From: Macrostomum hystrix | Lineage: Eukaryota; Animalia; Platyhelminthes | Assembly (NCBI GenBank): GCA_950097015.1 | Contig: CATNEN010000030.1 | Location: 2,852,001-2,916,000 of the forward strand | Length of the DNA: 64,000 bases | Direction of reading: 5' to 3' | Part shown: in pieces, positions 1 to 12,058 of the stretch | How positions within the stretch are numbered: the first letter of the stretch is position 1 | Layout: each line of letters begins with the position of its first letter | The notes under the pieces: generated by a model | Told to the model about the DNA's origin: nothing | The model's database searches: none | What the model saw: the letters and a program-made list of their open reading frames with translations, nothing else | Program-made: the position numbers and the translations under genes

Positions 1-200
1 ATAAACCCGAGTCAATCCTTCTAATCCCGAGTCAATCCTTCTAATCCCGAGTCAATCCTTATAATCCCAAATTCATTTTTATCCCCATTGGTCTTTATGT
101 TCCTCAATCAATCCTTTGGATCCCCGATTGATCCTTCTAATCCCCAATCACTCATTTCAATCCCAAGTCGATCCTTCTGATTCCTAATCAATTAATTTTT
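1..200. repeat. 20-bp tandem repeat (CTAATCCCGAGTCAATCCTT) decaying rightwards; probably intronic
   Basis: Three near-perfect copies at 1-70, then degenerate AATCCC..TCAATCCTT copies to about 200. Confidence 0.75.
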
Positions 201-275
201 TCCATTTAATTCTTGGTAATAATCCATAGCAACTAAGAGTCACGTGACCCTTGTGAACCAATCGCATTGTCGCAG

Positions 276-421
276 GCTACGTGGACTCATTCCCCCAGTC
301 CAGCCTGGCCTCTCTAATGCTGCCCGGAGCCAGCTTCGACCCGATGCACGCAGCAGCGGCACTCAGCTCGGTGGCCCCGCTGCACTATGACTCATTCGGC
401 AAGAAGGACATCCTCATCTGA
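276..421 (+). CDS. Probable terminal coding exon of an unidentified gene entering from the left (…GYVDSFPQSSLASLMLPGASFDPMHAAAALSSVAPLHYDSFGKKDILI*)
   Basis: Acceptor ttgtcgcAG at 274-275; GC-rich open frame to TGA 419-421; AT-rich 3'UTR-like sequence follows. Family not recognised. Confidence 0.6.
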
Positions 422-1924
422 ACTGCCATTGTACTCATTGCCCATTGTTTACTAACTGCCCATTCTTGATTGGTTCATTATATTTGATGTACCTTTGCTG
501 TTTCTAATTTACATCGTCATTTTTTTTCAAAAATGTGTTTTACATAATCCGATACTGTTGTACATCACCTTTCGTCAATTAATTTTTTTTACCTGGCAAA
601 TTGTAAATCATTGTCGCTTACAATATTAACCTCCTAGCGCGCTTTTACTAACAATTTTTACAAGCAGTGCTTCAACCATTCAGAATCTACTGAGCTATGA
701 AGATTGACACCTGTCACCTGTTGTCTGGCAATTCCTTGTAATTAAATGCACTAACTTGTTACCCTAGTATACTACTGTTAGGATTATATATAGGCATTCG
801 CCATTCGAGTTGCTAGATCTGCAAAGTAAAAGTACACAAATCACTGCACCTGCTTCATTTAGCTTGCTGCTTTCCTCATTATTTGCTTCTGTTGTTTACT
901 AGAGGTGATTTTTTATTGCTTTCCGTTGATCGCCGATTCGCTTTTAGCTAAGCTTTTAATTATAAATTGTGCGTTCATACTACTGCCGACTATTTCGATA
1001 AGTAGTAGCTTAATTGCCTAAATTAGCGAGAAACGAAACAAAATTCTTCAGCTCACATTTGCAAATGCTACTACTCACCAGCTATTAAGTCAGTAGTTTG
1101 ATTGCGTTTTGTTTCCAAAACTGTGCAACTATGCTTGTTCTGACAAACTTTTATTTAAAAAAGGAGAATAACCTTTTGAGAAAACCCCCTTTCGATGTAA
1201 AATCATTATTTGTACTGATCAGTATTGAAAATATTCAAAGAAATAATTAATCTTGAACAAATTTCAGTGCCGTCTCCCTGTTGCAGAATATTTCTGTCAT
1301 CAAACCATATCGATATCTAATGCTTGCTATAAACTGTGAATTATCGCGTGTGTTGTTAAAACGAAAAAGTTTACTACGAGTACATAGAAAATATGTCGGA
1401 AAAACGTATTGTATTTGGTTTTTGTTAAAATCGGTTTTTTCCACAGTCAGCTTATCAGAATATTGATTGATATATAAGTTTGAGCCAAAACAAAAAATTG
1501 CTTGCACCAGAAAAAGACAAAAAAGAAGAATAAAATAGAAAGCTGGAAATTAAAAGATCACAGCATGGGGATACAGTTTTGATTTAATGAAAAACTTTCT
1601 GGAAAACTTTTTATCTTTATGAAGCTGTTGATTTCAGATTCAATGGACAACAAATGTTTTTTACCTGGAATTGAAATCAGCTTTAAAATTCTGCTTCAAG
1701 CTGAAACTAGGCTAAAAAAAAACAACTAAAATTGACAAGACAATAAATTAAAGAACCAAAAGTCTTTAAATACTATGATAATATAACATTTTCAGATTAT
1801 ATGTGGAGCTGAAAAGTTACAATTTGCAATCGGCAGCTGAAGGTGAAAATACTTTTAATCTAAATTTAATTATGCATGCTATGTGATTGAAGGAATCAAT
1901 GCATTTGAGGAAGTACGAGATTGT

Positions 1925-2185
1925 TTAAGGGTGTCAGAGGTCATTTTGAGGGTGTCTCAAAAGGGTGTCTCATTGAGGGTGTCCGAAATGTCTGATTGTT
2001 CCCGATGTTATTGCGGGTTAGGGTCTTTAAAGGTGTCTGAGGCCTCATCGAGGGTGTCCGACGACGTCTCTTTGAGGGTGTCCCAGGTATCTTTGGGGGT
2101 GTCCCAGTTCTGTTTGAGGGTTTCCGATGGTTTTTAGGTGTCCGAGGTCTCATCGAGGTTGTCCGAGGTTATTGAGGGTGTCCAC
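1925..2185. repeat. Degenerate GAGGGTGTC(C/T)-rich tandem repeat
   Basis: Recurrent gagggtgtc/aggtgtccga motifs at irregular spacing of about 20-25 bp. Confidence 0.55.
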
Positions 2186-2477
2186 TATTCCCCCGTTGTC
2201 CTAGCCTTCCTGATCTTTCAAAAGTGTCTGGGCATGATCCCATTGTCGCTGGTGGTTGTCATTGGTCCGAATCGACACTGAAGTCCGCCCTGCAGCCCTT
2301 CATTCACAAAGCATTGCCTAATAATTTTTTTAACAACCCAACAAAATTAAATGCATCAAACTCAAGTAAGTTCATGTAAACTAAATTTAGCAATAAGATA
2401 AAAATAAACATAGATAACCTATCTGATTTATCATCAGAAATACAGTCAAGTCCTGCCAGCATCGTCTCTCTCTGCCT

Positions 2478-3935
2478 TCAGTTGGCTTTGCTGCTGATGA
2501 AGACGGCGGCGGTTCTGCGACCGACCGCTGAATCGCCGCGCTCCAACTCCGAGTAGGCCTCCGAGCCAGGATCCAACAGCTGCTGCTGCTGCTGCTGCTC
2601 GGCTGTGACCTCAGCGTCGAGCTGTTTGAGCAGCTCGTAGCGATCCTTGCGGCTGTCCGCCTTAAGCAGGATGATGATGGACAGCAGGGCCAGGAATTTC
2701 ACGAACATCAGGAAGCCCTGGATGACGAAGAAGTACCTGTACTCGTAGCGCTCGGCGATCATGGCCGTCACGGAGGGTGACAGAGCCATGCCGACACCCA
2801 TGCCGGCCAGGCTGAACGGGTAGGCCAGGTGTCCCGGCAGCGTGGTCATTTCCTCACCTGCAGGGAACAGGAAGGTGATGCTGGGTCCCATGCAGAAGCC
2901 TGACACGTAGGCCAGGATGTAGCTCAGTGTCTTGTTCGAGGCCACCACCTCCCAATAGATGAGGCTGCAAGACATGATGAAGGTGGTCACGCTCAGGATG
3001 TACTTTAGCCGGCCTTTCAATAAATCCTTCGTGGCTACGGCAATCACAGCGGCGATGGCGTAGGTTGAGGCCTCGCCTGAAGCGAACAGCAGCGTTAGGT
3101 GGGAGCTCTTGGTGAGGCTGGACTCGCGTCTGCGTACATAATCAGCCAGGTTCAGCAGCATGCCGTAGGTCACGATGCTAGTCATGATGCGGTCCAGGAA
3201 CCACAGCAGCAGGTACGGCACCTTCGAGCGTTCGACCTCCCAGAAGGCGCCGAGGCAGTGCTTGTTGCTGGAGTAGGGCGGCAGGTCCTCGCGCTTAGTG
3301 AAGAACAAACTGCCGGAGATGTTCACGAAGAAATAGATCACCCCTAGGATGATGAAAGCGGTGCGCCAGGTGTATTGCTCGATCAGGTAGGCGTACAGTT
3401 GGACGAACAGAACCGACGCGATGGAGCCTCCGCTCACCAGCGTGGTGGCCAGGATGTGGTACGGATGCTGCTTGTCGAAGTGCTCGTTGACCACCAGGCC
3501 GACTGTGCTGAGAATCAGCGAACTGCCGATGCCGTGGAACACCGTGTGCGTGAGGAACAGCCAGTGCGGGTTGGGCACGAAGGCGCTGGTCAAGCAGGCC
3601 ACCAGGATGGCTAGAGTGCCGAGCATCTGGAAGAACTGGAAGCGCCGGCCGCTGCTGAGGATGACGGAGGTGCTCATCGTGGTGGTCATGTAGCCGAAGG
3701 CTGCGTAGGAGTCGCCAATCCAGTTGAGCTCGGCCAGCGAGATGGTGCCGTTGAACTCGGCGTGCAGCTGCGCCACGAACACGCCGAATGCGCGCCGCTT
3801 GCCGCCCAGGAAGATGACATTGGTGGCGGCGCAGCCCAGGATCAGCCAGGCCCACAGCTCCGTGCGCCTGTTCTTTGCCGGACTGACGGGTGCGACATTG
3901 TTGGAGATGGGGTTGGCTGAGGCTGCTGCAGACAA
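2478..3935 (-). CDS. Major facilitator superfamily transporter, SLC16/monocarboxylate-transporter-like; one large exon, true start probably in an upstream exon
   Basis: 485-aa ORF with about 12 hydrophobic segments and MCT-like motifs (AFGVFVAQLHAEF, HGIGSSLILSTVGLVVNEHFDK). The ORF begins at TTG, with an in-frame stop at 3969-3971 and no ATG before it; AG acceptors lie at the ORF start. Confidence 0.85.
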   Translation of the reverse strand: MSAAASANPISNNVAPVSPAKNRRTELWAWLILGCAATNVIFLGGKRRAFGVFVAQLHAEFNGTISLAELNWIGDSYAAFGYMTTTMSTSVILSSGRRFQFFQMLGTLAILVACLTSAFVPNPHWLFLTHTVFHGIGSSLILSTVGLVVNEHFDKQHPYHILATTLVSGGSIASVLFVQLYAYLIEQYTWRTAFIILGVIYFFVNISGSLFFTKREDLPPYSSNKHCLGAFWEVERSKVPYLLLWFLDRIMTSIVTYGMLLNLADYVRRRESSLTKSSHLTLLFASGEASTYAIAAVIAVATKDLLKGRLKYILSVTTFIMSCSLIYWEVVASNKTLSYILAYVSGFCMGPSITFLFPAGEEMTTLPGHLAYPFSLAGMGVGMALSPSVTAMIAERYEYRYFFVIQGFLMFVKFLALLSIIILLKADSRKDRYELLKQLDAEVTAEQQQQQQLLDPGSEAYSELERGDSAVGRRTAAVFISSKAN

Positions 3936-4004
3936 TGAGCTCTGACCATCCAGATGTGGTCCCCATGGTCACATCCGGCTAACCATATGAACATCCAATG
4001 ACCA

Positions 4005-7000
4005 TTCGGGCAATCTAATGACCATTCCGTCAATCTAATGACCCTTCGGTTAATCTAATGACCATTCGGTCAATCCAATGACCATTCGGTCAATCTAATG
4101 ACCATTCCGTCAATCTAATGACCATTCGGTCAATCTAATGACCATTCGGTCAATCTAATGACCATTCTATCAATCTAATGACCATTCGGTCAATCTAATG
4201 ACCATTCGGTCAATCTAATGACCCTTCGGTTAATCTAATGAACATTCGGTCAATCTAATGACCATTCGGTCAATCCAATGACCATTCTATCAATCTAATG
4301 ACTATTCTGTCAATCTAATGACCACTCTATCAATCTAATGACCATTCTGTCAACCTAATGACTAATTTATCAATCTAATGACCACTTAGTAAATCTAATG
4401 ACCATTCTATCAATCTAATGACCAATCATCAATCTAATGACCATTCAGTCAATCTAATGACCATTCCGTCAATCTAATGACCATTCCGTCAATCTAATGA
4501 CCATTCTAGCATTCTAATGACTATTCGGTCAATCCAATGACCATTCTATCAATCTAATGACCATTCTATCAATCTAATGACTATTCTGTCAATCTAATGA
4601 CCACTCTATCAATCTAATGACCATTCTGTCAACCTAATGACTAATTTATCAATCTAATGACCATTTAGTAAATCTAATGACCATTCTATCAATCTAATGA
4701 CCAATCATCAATCTAATGACCATTCAGTCAATCTAATGACCATTCCGTCAATCCAATGACCATTCCGTCAATCTAATGACCATTCTAGCATTCTAATGAC
4801 TATTCGGTCAATCCAATGACCATTCTATCAATCTAATGACCATTCTATCAATCTAATGACTATTCTGTCAATCTAATGACCACTCTATCAATCTAATGAC
4901 CATTCTGTCAACCTAATGACTAATTTATCAATCTAATGACCATTTAGTAAATCTAATGACCATTCTATCAATCTAATGACCAATCATCAATCTAATGACC
5001 ATTCGGTCAATCTAATGGTAATCTAATGACCATTCGGTCAATCCAATGACCATTCGGTTAATCTAATGACCATTCCGTCAATCCAATGACCATTCGGTCA
5101 ATCCAATGACCATTCTAGCATTCTAATGACTATTCGGTCAATCCAATGACCATTCTATCAATCTAATGACTATTCTGTCAATCTATTGACCAATCTATCA
5201 ATCTAATGACCATTCTGTCAACCTAATGACTAATTTATCAATCTAATGACCATTTAGTAAATCTAATGACCATTCTATCAATCTAATGACCAATCATCAA
5301 TCTAATGACCATTCAGTCAATCTAATGACCATTCCGTCAATCTAATGACCATTCCGTCAATCAAATGACCATTCTAGCATTCTAATGACTATTCGGTCAA
5401 TCCAATGACCATTCTATCAATCTAATGACTATTCTGTCAATCTAATGACCACTCTATCAATCTAATGACCATTCTGTCAACCTAATGACTAATTTATCAA
5501 TCTAATGACCATTTAGTAAATCTAATGACCATTCTATCAATCTAATGACCAATCATCAATCTAATGACCATTCGGTCAATCTAATGGTAATCTAATGACC
5601 ATTCGGTCAATCCAATGACCATTCGGTCAATCTAATGACCATTCCGTCAATCTAATGACCATTCGGTCAATCTAATGACCATTCCGTCAATCTAATGACC
5701 CTTCGGTTAATCTAATGACCATTCGGTCAATCCAATGACCATTCTAGCATTCTAATGACTATTCGGTCAATCCAATGACCATTCTATCAATCTAATGACT
5801 ATTCTGTCAATCTAATGACCACTCTATCAATCTAATGACCATTCTGTCAACCTAATGACTAATTTATCAATCTAATGACCATTTAGTAAATCTAATGACC
5901 ATTCTATCAATCTAATGACCAATCATCAATCTAATGACCATTCAGTCAATCTAATGACCATTCCGTCAATCTAATGACCATTCCGTCAATCTAATGACCA
6001 TTCTAGCATTCTAATGACTATTCGGTCAATCCAATGACCATTCTATCAATCTAATGACTATTCTGTCAATCTAATGACCACTCTATCAATCTAATGACCA
6101 TTCTGTCAACCTAATGACTAATTTATCAATCTAATGACCATTTAGTAAATCTAATGACCATTCTATCAATCTAATGACCAATCATCAATCTAATGACCAT
6201 TCGGTCAATCTAATGGTAATCTAATGACCATTCGGTCAATCCAATGACCATTCGGTCAATCTAATGACCATTCCGTCAATCTAATGACCATTCGGTCAAT
6301 CTAATGACCATTCCGTCAATCTAATGACCATTCGGTCAATCTAATGACCATTCTATCAATCTAATGACCATTCTATCAATCTAATCACCATTCTATCAAT
6401 CTAATGACTATTCGGTCAATCTAATGACCATTCTATCAATCTAATGACCATTCTATCAATCTAATGACCATTCGGTCAATCCAATGACCATTCAGTCAAT
6501 CTAATGACCATTCTATCAATCTAATGACCATTCAGTCAATCTAATGACCATTCTATCAATCTAATGACCATTCTATCAATCTAATTACCATTCTATCAAT
6601 CTAATTACCATTCTGTCAACCTAATGACTAATTTATCAATCTAATGACCATTTAGTAAATCTAATGACCATTCTATCAATCTAATGACCAATCATCAATC
6701 TAATGACCATTCAGTCAATCTAATGACCATTCCGTCAATCTAATGACCATTCCGTCAATCTAATGACCATTCTAGCATTCTAATGACTATTCGGTCAATC
6801 CAATGACCATTCTATCAATCTAATGACTATTCTGTCAATCTAATGACCACTCTATCAATCTAATGACCATTCTGTCAACCTAATGACTAATTTATCAATC
6901 TAATGACCATTTAGTAAATCTAATGACCATTCTATCAATCTAATGACCAATCATCAATCTAATGACCATTCGGTCAATCTAATGGTAATCTAATGACCAT

Positions 7001-8543
7001 TCGGTCAATCCAATGACCATTCGGTCAATCTAATGACCATTCCGTCAATCTAATGACCATTCGGTCAATCTAATGACCATTCCGTCAATCTAATGACCAT
7101 TCGGTCAATCTAATGACCATTCTATCAATCTAATGACCATTCTATCAATCTAATCACCATTCTATCAATCTAATGACTATTCGGTCAATCTAATGACCAT
7201 TCTATCAATCTAATGACCATTCTATCAATCTAATGACCATTCGGTCAATCCAATGACCATTCAGTCAATCTAATGACCATTCTATCAATCTAATGACCAT
7301 TCAGTCAATCTAATGACCATTCTATCAATCTAATGACCATTCTATCAATCTAATTACCATTCTATCAATCTAATTACCATTCTGTCAACCTAATGACTAA
7401 TTTATCAAACTAATGACCATTCAGTCAATCTAATGACCAATCTATCAATCCAATGACCATTCAGTCAATCTAATGACCTTTCTATCAATCTAATGACCAT
7501 TCTATCAAACTAATGACCATTCAGTCAATCTAATGACCATTCTATCAATCTAATGACCATTCAGTCAATCTAATGACCATTCTATCAATCTAATGACCAT
7601 TCTATCAATCTAATCACCATTCTATCAATCTAATTACCATTCTGTCAACCTAATGACTAATTTATCAATCTAATGACCATTTAGTAAATCTAATGACCAT
7701 TCTATCAATCTAATGACCATTCTATCAATCTAATGACCATTCTATCAATCTAATGACTATTCGGTCAATCCAATGACCATTCGGTCAATCTAATGACCAT
7801 TCGGTCAATCTAATGACCATTAGGTCAATTTAATGACCATTCTATCAATCTAATGACCATTCGGTCAATCTAATGACCATTAGGTCAATTTAATGACCAT
7901 TCTATCAATCTAATGACCATTCGGTCAATCTAATGACCATTAGGTCAATTTAATGACCATTCTATCAATCTAATGACCATTCTATCAATCTAATGACCAT
8001 TCAGTCAATCTAATGACCATTCTATCAATCTAATGACCATTCAGTCAATCTAATGACCATTCTATCAATCTAATGACCATTCTATCAATCTAATTACCAT
8101 TCTGTCAACCTAATGACTAATTTATCAATCTAATGACCATTTAGTAAATCTAATGACCATTCTATCAATCTAATGACCAATCTATCAATCCAATGAACAT
8201 TCAGTCAATCTAATGACCATTCTATCAATCTAATGACCATTCTATCAATCTAATGACCATTCTATCAATCTAATGACTATTCGGTCAATCCAATGACCAT
8301 TCGGTCAATCTAATGACCATTCGGTCAATCTAATGACCATTAGGTCAATTTAATGACCATTCTATCAATCTAATGACCATTCGGTCAATCTAATGACCAT
8401 TAGGTCAATTTAATGACCATTCTATCAATCTAATGACCATTCGGTCAATCTAATGACCATTAGGTCAATTTAATGACCATTCTATCAATCTAATGACCAT
8501 TCGGTCAATCTAATGACCATTCGGTCAATCTAATGACCATTAG
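4005..8543. repeat. 4.5-kb satellite, 20-bp monomer CAATCTAATGACCATTC(TAT/GGT/CGT), with higher-order repeats
   Basis: Continuous 20-bp periodicity. The 1-nt-deleted variant ACCAATCATC recurs at 4421, 4700, 4979, 5289, 5548, 5918, 6177, 6687 and 6946. Confidence 0.98.
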
Positions 8544-8962
8544 AAATGAATGAAATAATAAATAGCACATCGGGCCTCACACTGTGTGGTGCTCCTCTTC
8601 AGATGCACTCATGTCTTGTTATAATAATTCTGTTCTTAACTACCTGACACAGCCGTGCTATTGTTGTCAAAGACTGGAGAAGATCAACTTTCTGAAACTA
8701 AAATCTCAGGCCAATGTTTTGCATGGCTGGTAATTTTGAATTTTGAATTTGAATTAAAGCTTTTCCTGGCTGTCACCCACCCTCTCCGAAATTGTCCCTT
8801 ATCTGGCTTATTACAACCAGGGAAAAGATCTCTAGTGGGATTTTTTGAAGAGTAGAGTCCAACTCCCAACTGCTCAGGCTTGGGAGATCAATATAACTCA
8901 CCGGGGACTGGGGGGTATTAGAGCCGCATTTTTCCAGTTCGGGTTGGGACCGAGGGACGAAA

Positions 8963-8993
<31 letters not shown>
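8963..8993. repeat. (GA)n microsatellite
   Basis: gagagtgagagagagagagagagagagaga seen directly. Confidence 0.9.
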
Positions 8994-9244
8994 TACTCAT
9001 TGAGTCATTTTGTTTCAGTTTCTGTTCTCATACGCAGTATACAAACTGCATTTCTACCACCGGCCAATTGAAGGCAGGTGCTGACTCTATCACCACTACT
9101 TTCAATGCTAATTTATGCTATATAGGATATGTCAAACTTTGCGAAACTATCTTTTGTGGCAAATCCTTCTATACTACTTACATTAGATAGTACTGGTTCA
9201 TTTTTACTTCACTTTGTTTGAAAAAAACGAATTATCCTACTTAT

Positions 9245-9860
9245 CCCCTTGTCACTTTGTCATCTTGTCCCTTTGTCATCTTGTCACTTTGTCATCTTGT
9301 CACTTTGCCATCTTGTCACTTTGTCATCTTGTCACTTTGTCATCTTGTCACTTTGTCATCTTGTCACTTTGTCATCTTGTCACTTTGTCATCTTGTCCCT
9401 TTGTCATCTTGTCACTTTGTTATCTTGTCCCTTTGTCATCTTGTCACATTGCCATCTTGTCACTTTGTCATCTTGTCACATTGCCATCTTGTCACTTTGT
9501 CATCTTGTCACTTTGTCATCTTGTCACTTTGTCATCTTGTCCCTTTGTCATCTTGTCACTTTGTCATCTTGTCCCTTTGTCATCTTGTCCCTTTGTCATC
9601 TTGTCACTTTGTCATCTTGTCACTTTGTCATCTTGTCACTTTGTCATCTTGTCACTTTGTCATCTTGTCCCTTTGTCATCTTGTCACTTTGTCATCTTGT
9701 CCCTTTGTCATCTTGTCCCTTTGTCATCTTGTCACTTTGTCATCTTGTCACTTTGTCATCTTGTCACTTTGTCATCTTGTCACTTTGTCATCTTGTCCCT
9801 TTGTCATCTTATCCTTTTGTCATCTTGTCACTTTGCAATATTGTCACTTTGTCACTTTTG
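9245..9860. repeat. 16-bp minisatellite GTCACTTTGTCATCTT (8+8 dimer)
   Basis: Direct periodicity; accounts for ORFs 9214, 9218 and 9249. Confidence 0.97.
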
Positions 9861-10372
9861 ACACTAATCTGGCGCCTTGCCACGTCGGCACATATTTTTC
9901 CTCTCGTGTTTTCAGTTTACCACCTTCTCTCTTTCCGTGGCCCTCACGTGTTAAAATTCCAGGAAATTACTAGACTATTCAAATGAGCCTTATATTCGCT
10001 CGTAAGTGAAAAAAAAGTCTGCAAAGAACTTCGCTAGGGACTTCCCAAAACTATTCAATCGACAGTAGTACAATGTCAGAGCCAAGTTTCATAAACTCTA
10101 TCAGACCCACGGACTTCCCTGTCTGGTGGGCCGATTCAAACAACCCTACAGCTTCCGTTTTTCATTCTTTGAATCTTTCTTCGGACATTGTTGCAATCGA
10201 TCACAAAGAGCTGCTTCAAAACCCGGATGTAGCCGCAGCACGCAAATCGGCTTGGGGACAGTATTTATAGAATAGGAAAGGAACAGCTACTCTGTACTGC
10301 GTGAAGTTTATCCACCTGGACTTATTGTCACCAGCACTATTGGTGAGTTAGTATACTACTGATGTGCGATAG

Positions 10373-11013
10373 CAGAGGTCGGCAAACTCCGGCCCGCGGG
10401 CCAGATGCGGCCTTCGAAGCTCCCTAATCCGGCCCGTTGCCCCTTCCAACACCTACAATATCCTATCTCATCTCTCTCTCATCTGTAGATGAAGAGCCTC
10501 ATCTCTCCCCTGTCTCATCTCTCCCCTGTCTCATCTCTCCCCTGTCTCATCTCTCCCCTGTCTCATCTCTCTCTCATCTGTAGATGAAGAGCCTCATCTC
10601 TCCCCTGTCTCATCTCTCCCCTGTCTCATCTCTCCCCTGTCTCATCTCTCCCCTGTCTCATCTCTCCCCTGTCTCATCTCTCCCCTGTCTCATCTCTCCC
10701 CTGTCTCATCTCTCTCTCGTCTGGAGATAAAGAGCCTCATCTCTCCCCTGTCTCATCTCTCCCCTGTCTCATCTCTCCCCTGTCTCATCTCTCTCCTGTC
10801 TCATCTCTCCCCTGTCTCATCTCTCTCCTGTCTCATCTCTCCCCTGTCTCATCTCTCTCCTGTCTCATCTATCACTCGTCTCATCTATCCCGTGTCTAAT
10901 GTCCCCCAGTCTTATATCTCTCCTTTCTCATATTCCTACAGCCAATGCGGCCCGCTGTCGTCTTACATACTCGTAGAACAGGTCTTATGCGCTAATAAAT
11001 TTTCCGACCCCTG
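10373..11013 (+). mobile_element. hAT (Charlie-like) non-autonomous element with internal 16-bp satellite, copy 1
   Basis: Termini CAGAGGTCGGCAAAC and ATTTTCCGACCCCTG; subterminal CCGGCCCGCGGGCC motif; shares left and right arms with 24368-25821. Degenerate 8-bp flanks TGCGATAG/TTCTATAT (5/8). Confidence 0.8.
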
Positions 11014-12058
11014 TTCTATATCATTGATACTGGTTAAACAGTCACAGGGAAATGAAATGAAGGAAATTTGTTAATGAGTTACCTTAGATACGACATGCTA
11101 CCGACTCCAGTTAGTTGCAAATGTTGAGCTTTTTGCTTTTGGTTGGCGCAGCCAGGGAGACAAAGGCTTCCTTAAGTTTTATAATCTTTAATCCCACAAT
11201 ATTGGGGGATATCTGTGAACTAGCAAGCCGCTCTCTCCCCTCGCTCTCCCTGTCACCCACCCCAATCCTCACACTCAACAGTTAGCTCAGCAAGACGATT
11301 AATTTTTTTTCTCTGCCTTTCTTCGAAAAGAATGTAGCTCGTAATAACTACGAAAGAGAAGCTAGCAAAAGTTGAGCTCGACAATGAATCACAGAATGAA
11401 GAAAGGAAGGAAGGCGTAAGGAAAAATGGATTGATTGAGGCAATCGACAAGGTGGAATTGCCACGGTGGAACTGCGACCACCCACCCCAACCGGCCGTCG
11501 GTGCCAATGACGCCGTATTTGAAATACAACACTGCTGCCAGCTGTTCCACTCAAACTCGACCCCGAGAAACCCGAATGACGCAGCAATACGTCTACGAGG
11601 CACTGCTGAGCTAACTGTTCAGCCGTATCTCTGATCGGTTTTCTATCGACCATCCGGCATGGTCTGCCCGGACTCCGCACAATTACCCGCCCCTGCAACC
11701 CCATAGAAACCTCGGGGTGTAGAATGGAAAGTAGTTGAGAGTGTTGTGTGGTAGCTTAGCTTAGTTAAGCGAACTAAACAATGAAGAAAGCAACTGTTGG
11801 ACTGTGCACATCGAGTCCGCTCATGGTTTTAGAACTTTTTTCAGAGCTCAACTTGAGCACATTACACTGTTACTGCTGTCTAAACTCTTTACTATTTAGG
11901 CTTGAAGTTGTTTAGCGCAAGTTTAATTTTGTTACTATGCAGAGTGCATCAGTGATAAATAATGTACAGATGCAAATGTTTCCACTAGCATGTGTAAAGT
12001 ATCTTATATTCGAACTGCACTACTCTGACCTTGTCAGCTCAGGTAAAGAGTACAAGCA

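Noticed and set aside
3099-3972. Overlapping alternative-frame and antisense ORFs within MFS (similarly within SULT, ENaC, sestrin, PK)
   Set aside because: Expected shadows of GC-rich codon usage; no family motifs.
9214-9986. Cys/His/Leu repeat ORFs resembling metal-binding proteins
   Set aside because: 16-bp satellite translated in three frames.
10073-10345. 65-aa ORF and nearby GTGAGT donor-like site
   Set aside because: No recognisable motif and no consistent acceptor or partner exon.
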